Assembly: GCA_905236355.1 (NCBI GenBank)
Contig: CAJOPG010000134.1
Coordinates: 4,595-68,594, forward strand
Reading direction: 5' to 3'
DNA length: 64,000 nucleotides
Source of the DNA: Paludibacteraceae bacterium
GTDB lineage: Bacteria; Bacteroidota; Bacteroidia; Bacteroidales; Paludibacteraceae
Positions within the stretch are counted from its first letter, which is position 1. Each line of letters opens with the position of its first letter. Shown here piece after piece: positions 49,638 to 59,583 of the stretch. Below the pieces are notes generated by a model, which was given only the letters and a program-made list of their open reading frames with translations, ran no database searches and was not told the DNA's origin. The translations under genes were made by a program, and so were the position numbers.

Positions 49638-52600
49638 ATGAAGAAATTTAACGAATACAACAAGTTAGACTTGGCACAAGTATCTCGCGAGATACTGTCA
49701 GAGTGGGAAAAGGAACATTTGTTTGAGCAGTCTGTTCAGACGCGCGAGGGGAGTAAGCAATTTTTATTTTTCGAGGGTCCTCCTTCCGCCAATGGTATGC
49801 CGGGGATTCATCATGTGTTGGCCCGTTCGATAAAAGATACTTTTTGTCGTTACAAGACGATGCAGGGCTATCAGGTTCACCGCAAAGCCGGTTGGGATAC
49901 ACATGGTCTGCCTGTGGAACTGGGAGTAGAGAAGATGCTGGGTATCACGAAGGAGGATATCGGCAAGAAAATCAGTGTGGACGAGTACAATTCCGCCTGC
50001 CGTAAAGAAGTGATGAAATATACAGCGGAGTGGACGAATCTCACGAAGCAGATGGGGTATTGGGTGGATTTGGACAATCCGTACATCACCTACGATAACA
50101 AATATATAGAGACATTGTGGTATCTGCTGAAGGAGTTGTATAAAAAGGGGTACTTGTATAAGGGTTACACTATACAGCCGTATTCTCCTGCAGCGGGCAC
50201 AGGGTTGAGCACGCACGAATTGAATCAGCCGGGGTGCTACAGAGATGTAAAAGACTTGACATGCACAGCAAAGTTTTTAGTAGAGCGGGAGAAGAGTGAA
50301 GGCGAAAGGGGGGAGAGCACTACGCATGGCGCAGGAAGTCTGCCAAGCACGGATATGCCAGTTTATATTATAGCGTGGACCACGACACCTTGGACTCTTC
50401 CAAGCAATACGGCGTTGTGTGTAGGTCCGAAGATAGACTATGTAGCTGTCAGACGGGACGAGGATGTGCTAATTATGGCAGAGGCGCGCATGTCGGCTTA
50501 TCAAAAAGAGTTAGGAGAGAATGCGTCGATTATATGGCGCGGGAAGGGGACGGACCTTATAGGATTGCGTTATCGTCCTTTGTTTCCGTGGGTGAATCCG
50601 GGTGCGGGTGCTTATCGGGTTATTCCCGGCGATTATGTGACAACGGATGATGGTACGGGTATTGTTCATATTGCTCCTACATTCGGTGCGGACGACAAGA
50701 AGGTAGCCGACCAAGCAGGTGTACCCGGTTTATATATGCAGACCAAGGTGAACGGCATGCGTCCGATGGTGGACTTCAGCGGCAAGTATTGGAAGGTTGA
50801 AGAGCTGGATGAGGAGTGGTATAAGGCGAATGTGAACGATGCGTTGTACAGCAAGTATGCAGGCAGATATGTGAAGAACGCATACGACTCCACTTTGACA
50901 GAGAAGGATGAGAGTTTGGATTTGCATTTGTGTTTGGAGATGAAGAGTGACGGCAGACTATTGAAGAGCGAGAAACATGTGCATACTTACCCTCACTGCT
51001 GGCGTACCGACAAGCCTGTATTGTATTATCCGTTGGATTCGTGGTTTATCAAGAGTACGGCTGCAAGAGACAGGATGATAGCGTTGAACGAGACTATCAA
51101 CTGGCAGCCCGAGAGCACAGGTACGGGCAGATTCGGGAAGTGGCTTGAGAATTTGAATGACTGGAACTTAAGTCGCAGCCGCTATTGGGGGACTCCGTTA
51201 CCTATCTGGCGTACAGAAGACGGTACGGAAGAAATCTGCATCGGTTCGATAAAAGAGCTGATGGAAGAGATAGAGAAGGCCCGGAAGGCCGGTGTAATGA
51301 AAGAGAACCCCTGGCCACTTTTCAAAGCGGGAGACTACTCGAAAGAGAATTACGACCCGAAGGTGATAGATTTGCATCGTCCGTATGTAGATAATATTGT
51401 GTTGGTGTCAGCTTCCGGCAAGCCGATGAAGCGTGAGTCGGACCTGATAGATGTATGGTTTGACTCGGGTGCGATGCCTTACGCTCAGAACCACTATCCT
51501 TTTGAGCATAAGGATGCGGCCCGGACGGCAGATTTCATATCGGAAGGTGTGGACCAGACGCGTGGTTGGTTTTTCACTCTCCATGCTATCCATACTATGA
51601 TAGACGATGAGGTGGCCTACCGGAATGTTATCAGCAACGGTTTGGTTCTTGACAAGAACGGTAACAAGATGTCGAAGCGATTAGGGAATGCGGTGGATCC
51701 GTTCAGTATGCTGAACCAGTATGGTGCAGACGCTGTAAGATGGTATATGCTGACCAACTCATCGCCTTGGGAGAACCTGAAGTTCGACCCCGAAGGAGTG
51801 GAGGAGGTAAGAAGGAAGTTCTTCGGGACATTATATAACACTTATTCCTTCTTTGCGTTGTATGCCAATGTGGACGGTTGGAGCATAGAGGAGTCGGCAG
51901 AGGAGTCTGCTTTACAAGAGATAGACCGCTGGATACTGTCGAAGTTGAATTCGCTTGTGAAGGAAGTGACGGAATACTATGAGTCGTATGAGCCGACGCG
52001 TGCGGGCCGAGCCATCGAGAGTTTTGTAGGCAACGATTTGAGTAACTGGTATGTCCGTCTCAACAGGAAGCGTTTCTGGGGGGGCGAGATGGATGCGAAC
52101 AAGCGGGCAGCCTATCAGACTTTATATGAATGTCTGAAGACAACCGCCCAACTGACGGCTCCTATTGCGCCTTTTTATGCAGACAGGCTTTATCGTGACC
52201 TCACGGACGGAGCGACAGTACACTTGAGCAACTGGCCGAAGGCGGACGAGAGTCAGATAGACAAGAGGTTAGAGGCTCAAATGGATCTTGCGCAACAAGC
52301 AACCTCAATGATATTGTCGCTCAGGAAGCGCGCCAACAAGAAAGTGAGGCAGCCGTTGCAGCGTGCCGTTATTCCCGCAACGGATAGTGAGATGCGAACC
52401 AATCTGCTGCATGTGACCGAACTGATAAAGCAAGAGGTGAATGTGAAGGAGTTGCAGATAGTGGAGCCAGACGACGAAGCGGTGCAATTGGTGAAAAAGA
52501 TACGCCCGAATTTCAAGGTGTTAGGCAAGAAGGTAGGCAGTCAGATGAAGGTCGTAGCAGCCGAGATAGGCGGACTGAGTCAGGAGCAGATAAAGCAGAT

Positions 52601-53006
52601 AGAGAACGAAGGCAGGTATCAGTTGTTGACGGTAGATTATGAGTTGAGAGCGGAAGATGTGGAGATACTGACAGAAGATATGCCGGGCTGGTTGGTTCAG
52701 AGTGAAGGTATGCTAACCATAGCGTTAGACATAGAAGTAAGCGAGGAGTTGCGCGAAGAAGGTATTGCCCGCGAATTAGTGAACCGCATACAGAATTTGC
52801 GTAAGACCTCCGGTTTGGAAATAACCGACCGCATTGAAGTGCAAATAAAGAAGAACGACAACATCAATGCGGCAGTGGAGAATTTCAAGGACTACATAGC
52901 ATCGCAGGTGCTGGCACAGAGTTTGTTTTTGGACGACAATGTGAAAGAAGGCGAGGTTCTTGACTTTGATGAATTCAGCATAATTGTAAACCTAAAAAAA
53001 GCATAA
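49638..53006 (+). CDS. ileS: Isoleucine--tRNA ligase (IleRS2 type)
   Basis: EGPPSANGMPGIHH, GWDTHGLP, WTTTPWTLP, DWNLSRSRYWGTP, KMSKR. Promoter -7 at 49566-49573. Confidence 0.97.
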   Translation: MKKFNEYNKLDLAQVSREILSEWEKEHLFEQSVQTREGSKQFLFFEGPPSANGMPGIHHVLARSIKDTFCRYKTMQGYQVHRKAGWDTHGLPVELGVEKMLGITKEDIGKKISVDEYNSACRKEVMKYTAEWTNLTKQMGYWVDLDNPYITYDNKYIETLWYLLKELYKKGYLYKGYTIQPYSPAAGTGLSTHELNQPGCYRDVKDLTCTAKFLVEREKSEGERGESTTHGAGSLPSTDMPVYIIAWTTTPWTLPSNTALCVGPKIDYVAVRRDEDVLIMAEARMSAYQKELGENASIIWRGKGTDLIGLRYRPLFPWVNPGAGAYRVIPGDYVTTDDGTGIVHIAPTFGADDKKVADQAGVPGLYMQTKVNGMRPMVDFSGKYWKVEELDEEWYKANVNDALYSKYAGRYVKNAYDSTLTEKDESLDLHLCLEMKSDGRLLKSEKHVHTYPHCWRTDKPVLYYPLDSWFIKSTAARDRMIALNETINWQPESTGTGRFGKWLENLNDWNLSRSRYWGTPLPIWRTEDGTEEICIGSIKELMEEIEKARKAGVMKENPWPLFKAGDYSKENYDPKVIDLHRPYVDNIVLVSASGKPMKRESDLIDVWFDSGAMPYAQNHYPFEHKDAARTADFISEGVDQTRGWFFTLHAIHTMIDDEVAYRNVISNGLVLDKNGNKMSKRLGNAVDPFSMLNQYGADAVRWYMLTNSSPWENLKFDPEGVEEVRRKFFGTLYNTYSFFALYANVDGWSIEESAEESALQEIDRWILSKLNSLVKEVTEYYESYEPTRAGRAIESFVGNDLSNWYVRLNRKRFWGGEMDANKRAAYQTLYECLKTTAQLTAPIAPFYADRLYRDLTDGATVHLSNWPKADESQIDKRLEAQMDLAQQATSMILSLRKRANKKVRQPLQRAVIPATDSEMRTNLLHVTELIKQEVNVKELQIVEPDDEAVQLVKKIRPNFKVLGKKVGSQMKVVAAEIGGLSQEQIKQIENEGRYQLLTVDYELRAEDVEILTEDMPGWLVQSEGMLTIALDIEVSEELREEGIARELVNRIQNLRKTSGLEITDRIEVQIKKNDNINAAVENFKDYIASQVLAQSLFLDDNVKEGEVLDFDEFSIIVNLKKA

Positions 53007-53010
53007 GATT

Positions 53011-53589
53011 ATGAAACGACATTTACTTATTACAGGAGGAATGTGCGTATTAGCATTATTGTTTGTCTCGTGTAATCCGTCTGGCTATCAAGAAGATGAC
53101 ATGATAGGAGTATGGCGTTGCCCCACAACGGGGAAGGAGAATCCTGACGGCTATTACTATGTAGTGTTTAACGCAGAGAAAGACGAGACGGGCGAGTATC
53201 GTTTGGGCAAAGAGTGGGACGAAGGTGATGATGTGCAGGAGGAAGAGGCTCAGTTGTTCAAATGGAAATTGGAAGTGAGAGATTTGACACAAATATATTG
53301 GATGGAAATCAACGAGACTTGGGGTGTGCCAAAATACTACACGGTTACACTGCTGACCAATACTGCGTTGAGTTTCAACAACGGCAACAGGACTTACACC
53401 TTTGAGAAGGTAGCAGAAGCGGAAGTTACTCCGACGGAAGATTCTTCAAGCAACGAAGAAGGCGAAGATACTCCGAACAACGGAGACGAAGATAATCCGA
53501 ACAACGAAACCGAAGAAACCCAAGAAAACGGCGGCGGCGTAGAAACACCTGACAACGGAGGAGAGCAAACAGAGGAACCGCAACAATAG
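53011..53589 (+). CDS. Lipoprotein with lipocalin-like beta domain and acidic low-complexity tail
   Basis: Lipobox FVSC, MIGVW, YTVTLLTNTALSF; E/N/G/P-rich C-terminus. Confidence 0.6.
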   Translation: MKRHLLITGGMCVLALLFVSCNPSGYQEDDMIGVWRCPTTGKENPDGYYYVVFNAEKDETGEYRLGKEWDEGDDVQEEEAQLFKWKLEVRDLTQIYWMEINETWGVPKYYTVTLLTNTALSFNNGNRTYTFEKVAEAEVTPTEDSSSNEEGEDTPNNGDEDNPNNETEETQENGGGVETPDNGGEQTEEPQQ

Positions 53590-53620
53590 CCATAGACAAT
53601 ATAAGATAAGGAGTTGCATC

Positions 53621-56600
53621 ATGAAAAAGTTCTGGAAGATATTCGGTATTACGCTGGGCTCCATTATCGGTGTTTTACTGATAGCGGTACTGGTGGCAAT
53701 ATATGTGGTTTTCACCCCGCAGCGATTGACGCCGATAGTAAGGAATGTGGCGGACCAATATGTGGGTTGTCCACATGAATTGGGTGATGTGGAATTAACC
53801 TTCTTCTCCACTTTCCCAGAATTCGGTTTACAGATTAACGGACTTTATTTGATCAACCCAATGGAAGGTGCCAAGAGCGACACTTTACTGGCAACCCCCA
53901 AGGTGGTGGCCAAAGTGAATGTAATGCGTTTTTTGCGGGAGAACACACTGGATGTGCCGATGTTGGAATTGGAGGAAGTGACGGCCAACCTATTTTTCAA
54001 CGAGGAGGGAAAGAGTAACTTGGATGTATTTATTTTGCCAGAAGACAGCACCGAAGAAGATACTACCGCTTTCTCGCTCCCCTTTGACAGACTGGAGGTA
54101 GGGTCTATTCGTATGCAATCTCCCCAATTGTCGTATTCAGACAAGCAAAACGATATTGATGCCACCATAGGCGATGTACTTTTAGAAGCCTCGGCAGACG
54201 GATTGGAAGACATTGATTTAGCCCTGACTGCTGAGGATGTGAATGCTACTATCGGCGGCGAACGGTATGCGGAACATCTGAGCGTATCATTTCGTGCGGA
54301 TGATACAGATTTTGATTTGGACAGTCTGCGCGTGATACTTCATGACGCCCAACTTTCCGTCAACGAATTCGGTGTTAAGTTGAATGGTATGGCCGGCATG
54401 CCGAATGACATAGTGTTAGATTTGAATGTTCAAGCCGCCGATTGGGATGCGGTGGAACTACTGAAATTGCTTCCGCAAAGTATAACTTCGTTATTAGACG
54501 GAATAGATATAGACCAAGCAACGGTGAGTGTGAGTGGTGATGTGCGGGGTATATACAATGACAGCGTGATGCCATTGATAGACGCAGATGTGACATTGCG
54601 CGACGGGAAGGCAGCCTATATGGAAGTATTCCCATATAGAATCAGCGACATACAAATGAGAGCCACTGCCCATGTGGACATGAATGAGGAAGAGAAGTCG
54701 GAAGTGAGCATCAGCAAACTACATGCCCGCACGGGCAAGACCACTTTGGATGCGACGGGTCGTGTGTGTGAGTTACTGGGTGATCCCTTGTGTGATGTAT
54801 GTGCGAAAGCGAATGTACATCTTCCCGAGTTCAAGCGTTATTTGGAGAGTGATGGCATCAATACTGATTTAGACGGCACAGCAAAGGGAAGTTTAACTGC
54901 CAAGATTCGTTTGTCGGCCCTAAGCAATATGCAACTGCAGCGAGGTGTCATATCAGGGAACTTTGACATCAGTAATTTAAGTGTAGTGTATGACAGTCTG
55001 TCCGTTGATATTCCTTCCACCACATTGGCATTCAGAATTCCCAATCAGAAGCCGACCAAGAATACCGTTGACTGGATTAGTGCCACTCTGGTTCCGACAT
55101 CATTGAATTTTGAGATGATTGATTTTCTAAAAGCCGGACTTGGAGGAGCCACTATCCAACTGGAGGCCTCTGATGTGTTGAACAAGCAGGTTATCTATGC
55201 GAATATAGGAGTAAAGAGTAGCAAGTTGAACGCCGAGACAGACTCGATGGGCGTTGTGATTAACGCCCCCGAACTACAGGCTTATGCGGAATATGATACG
55301 AAGGCAGAGAACACTATCCCTATGGTGGATGCCAGTTTGGCCTTGAATGATTTGGAAGGTTTTTATACAGATATTAACGCGACTCTGCAACAATCGGAAT
55401 TCACGGCCCATTTGTCGGGTACAGACAAAGACAAGAGCCAACCCAAGGCAAGAGTGTCGCTAAAGACGTCGGGTTTGAAAACCACTATGGGCGAGGATGT
55501 TCATGCCACGACGGGCCGCCTCAACCTTACAGCCCTGGCTCAATACGACCCCTCAAAAGAGAACATCCTATTGCAATGGAATCCGCGCCTGCAGGTTGAC
55601 TTGAATGATGGTGTGGCCGATTTGAAGTCATTTGGAGAGCAGATACAACTACCACAGATAACCTTTGCCTACAGCAATAAGGTGTTTAACATCTCGCAGA
55701 GTGAGATTATCGTAGGGAAATCTGATTTTTCGTTAGTGGGAGAGATCCGCAATATCGGCAAATGGATAGACAAACAGGGTAATTTGGAAGGCGAGCTGAG
55801 TTTCACCAGCGATTATACGGATGTGAATGAGTTGATGGCTCTGATTTCAGCCGATAGCGGATCAGAAGAGACCGCCACTGAGGTTAAGACAGAAGAAGCA
55901 TCCGTTTTACAGGCATCGGCGGAAGACAGCAATCCGTTTCTTGTACCCAAGGATGTGGACTTAACTTTGAATACACACATCAAACAGGCGACAGTGTTTG
56001 ACCAGATTGCCCGTGATTTGGGAGGCAAACTATATATAAAGGATGGTGTATTGGTGCTTGAAGAGATGGGTTTCATCTGCAAAGCTGCGAAGTTGCAACT
56101 GACGGCCATGTACAAGACGCCCCGACGCAATCACCTATATGTAGGATTGGATTATCACATGCTTGACATCAACATAGAGGAGTTGGTGAATATGATACCT
56201 CAAATTGACACCATGCTTCCTATGTTACGTTCTTTCCGCGGCGGAGCAGAGTTTCATATTGCCGCCGAGACTTATTTGAACAGCAAATATGAGTTGAAGA
56301 CATCGACAACAAAGGGGGCATGCTCCATAGAGGGGAAGGACCTTGTTTTGTTGGATGGTGAGACCTTTACACAGATAGCCAAGATTTTGATGTTCAACAA
56401 GAAGACAGAGAATAAGGTAGATAGCCTTTCTGCACAATTTACGGTGTATAAAGATGAGATTGACATATATCCTTTTTGTCTGACAATAGACAAGTATATG
56501 GCAGCAGTGGGCGGCCATCATAATTTGGACATGTCGTTTGACTATCACATATCATTGCTAAAGCCTTTGTATATCGGTGTGGATGTAAAAGGGACTTTTG

Positions 56601-56740
56601 AAGACCTGAAAATCAAGTTAGCCAAATGCCGTTACGCCCAAGATTTCCGTCCGATTATACACAAAGATGTAGAGACAGAGAATGCGTCCCTCAAGAAACT
56701 TATCAACGAAGCACTTAAGCGAAGTGTGAGTATAGAATAA
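53621..56740 (+). CDS. AsmA-family envelope protein
   Basis: N-terminal transmembrane anchor, VELTFFSTFPEFGL, long beta-rich body, GGHHNLDMSFDYHIS near the C-terminus. Confidence 0.78.
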   Translation: MKKFWKIFGITLGSIIGVLLIAVLVAIYVVFTPQRLTPIVRNVADQYVGCPHELGDVELTFFSTFPEFGLQINGLYLINPMEGAKSDTLLATPKVVAKVNVMRFLRENTLDVPMLELEEVTANLFFNEEGKSNLDVFILPEDSTEEDTTAFSLPFDRLEVGSIRMQSPQLSYSDKQNDIDATIGDVLLEASADGLEDIDLALTAEDVNATIGGERYAEHLSVSFRADDTDFDLDSLRVILHDAQLSVNEFGVKLNGMAGMPNDIVLDLNVQAADWDAVELLKLLPQSITSLLDGIDIDQATVSVSGDVRGIYNDSVMPLIDADVTLRDGKAAYMEVFPYRISDIQMRATAHVDMNEEEKSEVSISKLHARTGKTTLDATGRVCELLGDPLCDVCAKANVHLPEFKRYLESDGINTDLDGTAKGSLTAKIRLSALSNMQLQRGVISGNFDISNLSVVYDSLSVDIPSTTLAFRIPNQKPTKNTVDWISATLVPTSLNFEMIDFLKAGLGGATIQLEASDVLNKQVIYANIGVKSSKLNAETDSMGVVINAPELQAYAEYDTKAENTIPMVDASLALNDLEGFYTDINATLQQSEFTAHLSGTDKDKSQPKARVSLKTSGLKTTMGEDVHATTGRLNLTALAQYDPSKENILLQWNPRLQVDLNDGVADLKSFGEQIQLPQITFAYSNKVFNISQSEIIVGKSDFSLVGEIRNIGKWIDKQGNLEGELSFTSDYTDVNELMALISADSGSEETATEVKTEEASVLQASAEDSNPFLVPKDVDLTLNTHIKQATVFDQIARDLGGKLYIKDGVLVLEEMGFICKAAKLQLTAMYKTPRRNHLYVGLDYHMLDINIEELVNMIPQIDTMLPMLRSFRGGAEFHIAAETYLNSKYELKTSTTKGACSIEGKDLVLLDGETFTQIAKILMFNKKTENKVDSLSAQFTVYKDEIDIYPFCLTIDKYMAAVGGHHNLDMSFDYHISLLKPLYIGVDVKGTFEDLKIKLAKCRYAQDFRPIIHKDVETENASLKKLINEALKRSVSIE

Positions 56741-56759
56741 CAAATGGTAACAATACAAG

Positions 56760-56790
56760 AAAGAGGCTGCCCGATTGTGGCAGCCTCTTT
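56760..56790. terminator. Bidirectional intrinsic terminator
   Basis: AAAGAGGCTGCC / GGCAGCCTCTTT 12-bp stem between convergent genes. Confidence 0.8.
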
Positions 56791-56806
56791 AGTGGTAAGC
56801 AGATTG

Positions 56807-57562
56807 TTAGAATTCAAGTGTAGGTGATTGTGCGATTTGGCGTTGAATTTCTTTATCAGTTTCAGGAGATAGGCGTTTTTCGCCGCTACGATAGTAGTAG
56901 ATTACGCCATAGTTCTGGCAATAGCGCAATCGTTCATAAGGCAGTTTTTGCCGGTAATAATCTTCCACCTGATTCCAAATGTCCAAGATGAGGGAGTCCG
57001 CCTGTTCGCGCAATTGTCCTAAATCTTCATAGGTGCGGTTAGCATTTTTCTTATGCATTTGTTGTGTAATATGATGTTCTTTGAAGATATCATAGTGCAC
57101 CTTGACTTTCGTTATAGTAGGATTATAAATAGGGAATCCTCCTTGCTTTGTCCGTTCGTTTTCGCCATCAATGATATTCTGCCCCCATACCAACAAATCT
57201 TCTTCGGAAGACAGGTCCGGCAGGATATGATTGTTGATATCAAGATGATATAACTCTTTCTGCTCTTTTTTTATATCCCCGCGAATGACGGCAAGATTGA
57301 GCACCTGTATGAAATGGGAGATATACATTCGTGCATTTGCGACGATATGGCGATAATGTTTGTTGGCCGATACTTTTGTTTGAAAATTCTGGTGATATTG
57401 TTCAACTTGATTTTCAAAAACAAGCAGGAAGCGTTTTGCCTCATTGAGTGTTTTATAGGTAATAACCTGCTCAGTGAAGTCGGCTTCACTTGCCCGCTGT
57501 ACGGCATCCTGAAGAGCGCGTAGCCGAGCTTGATCGGTATTAGGAAGGCGGCGATATGGCAT
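56807..57562 (-). CDS. Conserved hypothetical helical protein
   Basis: 251-aa ORF starting MPYRRLPNTDQARLRAL; own -7 box TATCTTTG at 57600-57593. Confidence 0.75.
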   Translation of the reverse strand: MPYRRLPNTDQARLRALQDAVQRASEADFTEQVITYKTLNEAKRFLLVFENQVEQYHQNFQTKVSANKHYRHIVANARMYISHFIQVLNLAVIRGDIKKEQKELYHLDINNHILPDLSSEEDLLVWGQNIIDGENERTKQGGFPIYNPTITKVKVHYDIFKEHHITQQMHKKNANRTYEDLGQLREQADSLILDIWNQVEDYYRQKLPYERLRYCQNYGVIYYYRSGEKRLSPETDKEIQRQIAQSPTLEF

Positions 57563-57606
57563 AATTCCGCAATTTGGTGTTTAATCAGGGGGCAAAGATA
57601 GGTATT

Positions 57607-58578
57607 TTATTCTTTTCTTGCAAGTAATCGGTTAGCGAGGTCCACCAATATATTTTTTTTGCGGGTGGAAACTTTTAGTTTTTCGAGTTGTGCGAGGGCG
57701 GTCTGTGTATAGTTCTTTACAGCATCTTCGCATGCTTCCCTGACATTCAATTTATCATAGATAGCAGTAACGGCAGCTATCTTCTGCTGCATTTCGCGGT
57801 CAGTATTGGCCGGTGCATGCAACTGCCGAAGGAGTTGTTGTTTCCGGGTGTCGGAAGCGGCCCTGAGAGCCGTAAGAAGCAGATAGGTCTTTTTACCTTC
57901 GAGGATATCTCCGCCGATGACCTTGCCAAAAGTGTCAGGGTTGCCATATACATCCAACAAATCGTCTTGCAGTTGGAAAGCAATGCCGATATTGACTCCA
58001 TAGTCATAGAGTGCCAACTGTTCTTCATCTGTAGCTCCGGCAATATAAGCGCCTAATTGCAGAGCAGTGCCGAGCAATACCGATGTTTTGAGACGAATCA
58101 TCTCTATATACTCCGGAATGGTGACATTGTCGCGTTTTTCAAAGTCCATGTCATATTGCTGCCCTTCGCATATTTCGGTAGCCATTTTTGTGAACAGAGC
58201 CATCACCTTTTCCAAGCATGTTGGCGGTACACTCTGTAACTTGCCGTATGCTTCTATAAGCATTTGATCACCAGATAATATTGCGGTGTTAGCGTCCCAG
58301 CGAATGTGTACACATGGTTTTCCTCTGCGCATCTTCGCATTGTCCATCACATCATCATGAAGGAGCGTAAAATTATGGAACAATTCGAGAGCGAGTGCGG
58401 CGGGAAGTGCCAATTGGGGGTCTGCATTATATATGTCAGCGGCAATAAGAGTGAGGGCCGGACGCAGCCGTTTTCCACCCGAGGAGAGGGCATAATCAAT
58501 GGGTTCGTACAACCCGTGCGGTTCTTTATTCCAATTCAGCCGAGCAAGTTCCTGTTTAATAGTTTCAAATGCATCCAT
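57607..58578 (-). CDS. Short-chain polyprenyl (FPP/GGPP) diphosphate synthase
   Basis: GGKRLRP, FHNFTLLHDDVMD..RRG (aromatic residue before the first DDxxD), KTSVL, FQLQDD. Confidence 0.88.
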   Translation of the reverse strand: MDAFETIKQELARLNWNKEPHGLYEPIDYALSSGGKRLRPALTLIAADIYNADPQLALPAALALELFHNFTLLHDDVMDNAKMRRGKPCVHIRWDANTAILSGDQMLIEAYGKLQSVPPTCLEKVMALFTKMATEICEGQQYDMDFEKRDNVTIPEYIEMIRLKTSVLLGTALQLGAYIAGATDEEQLALYDYGVNIGIAFQLQDDLLDVYGNPDTFGKVIGGDILEGKKTYLLLTALRAASDTRKQQLLRQLHAPANTDREMQQKIAAVTAIYDKLNVREACEDAVKNYTQTALAQLEKLKVSTRKKNILVDLANRLLARKE

Positions 58579-58596
58579 GAGGAGACTCCTATAATT

Positions 58597-59574
58597 CTAT
58601 ATAAATTGGTCTTCGATGATATCGGTCAACACTTGTTTAATATCAAGATTGGCAGCACGCACTTGTTGCGGAATGAAACTGGTGGGTGTCATGCCAGGCG
58701 TTGTGTTGATATCCATCACATTGATGGTTCCGTCTTCCAAGATGATGTAGTCAGTGCGGATGATGCCCTTACAGTTTAATATTTTATAGATTTTGAGAGT
58801 GAGTTGTTGCACTCTATCCCGCAGTTCATCTGGAATGCGTGCCGGGGTTATTTCATCCGATTCGCCTTTATACTTGGCTTCATAGTCGAAATATTCGTTG
58901 TGGGTCACCACTTCAGTGAGCGGGAATGCCACTTCTTTTGTTTTAGTGCAATATACGCCACAAGTAACCTCTGTACCTTTCATGAAAGCTTCAACTATTA
59001 CTTCTTCTCCTTCTGCATAGGCTTTATCAATGGCCGGTTGTATTTCTTCGATAGTTTTCACTTTGGTGCAACCATAGCTACTCCCCCCCGTATTTGATTT
59101 TACGAAACAAGGAAGCCCCACTCTATTGATGATTTCGGGGATAGGTAATGGCAGATTTTTCCTCAGAATGACCGATTTGGCAATGGATACACCAAAATTC
59201 TGCAAGTAGTGGTTGCAGGTGTATTTGTTGCAGGTGAGTGCAGCAGCCAACACGCCGCAGCAGGAATAGGGGATGCGAAGCATATCAAAGTATCCTTGCA
59301 GTTGTCCGCTTTCTCCGGGAATACCATGTATGGTAATATATGCAAAGTCGAACTTGGTTTTTTTGCCGTTCCATGTGAAGGAGAAGTCGTTTTTGTCAAT
59401 ATCGACAGTTTCAGTGTCAGAGACTACAGCTTTCCATTCTGCTCCGCGCAGTACGACAATTGTGATATTATAGAGTTTTTTGTCCATAAAGGACTGCAGT
59501 CCTGCGGCTGAACGCAGAGAGACTTCATGCTCGGAGGAGTCGCCTCCTGCCACTATCGCAATATTCCGTTTCAT
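58597..59574 (-). CDS. ddl: D-alanine--D-alanine ligase
   Basis: GGDSSEHEVSLRSA, IHGIPGESG, GSSYG, FDYEAKY, NTTPGMT. Confidence 0.94.
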   Translation of the reverse strand: MKRNIAIVAGGDSSEHEVSLRSAAGLQSFMDKKLYNITIVVLRGAEWKAVVSDTETVDIDKNDFSFTWNGKKTKFDFAYITIHGIPGESGQLQGYFDMLRIPYSCCGVLAAALTCNKYTCNHYLQNFGVSIAKSVILRKNLPLPIPEIINRVGLPCFVKSNTGGSSYGCTKVKTIEEIQPAIDKAYAEGEEVIVEAFMKGTEVTCGVYCTKTKEVAFPLTEVVTHNEYFDYEAKYKGESDEITPARIPDELRDRVQQLTLKIYKILNCKGIIRTDYIILEDGTINVMDINTTPGMTPTSFIPQQVRAANLDIKQVLTDIIEDQFI

Positions 59575-59583
59575 ATAATCAAT

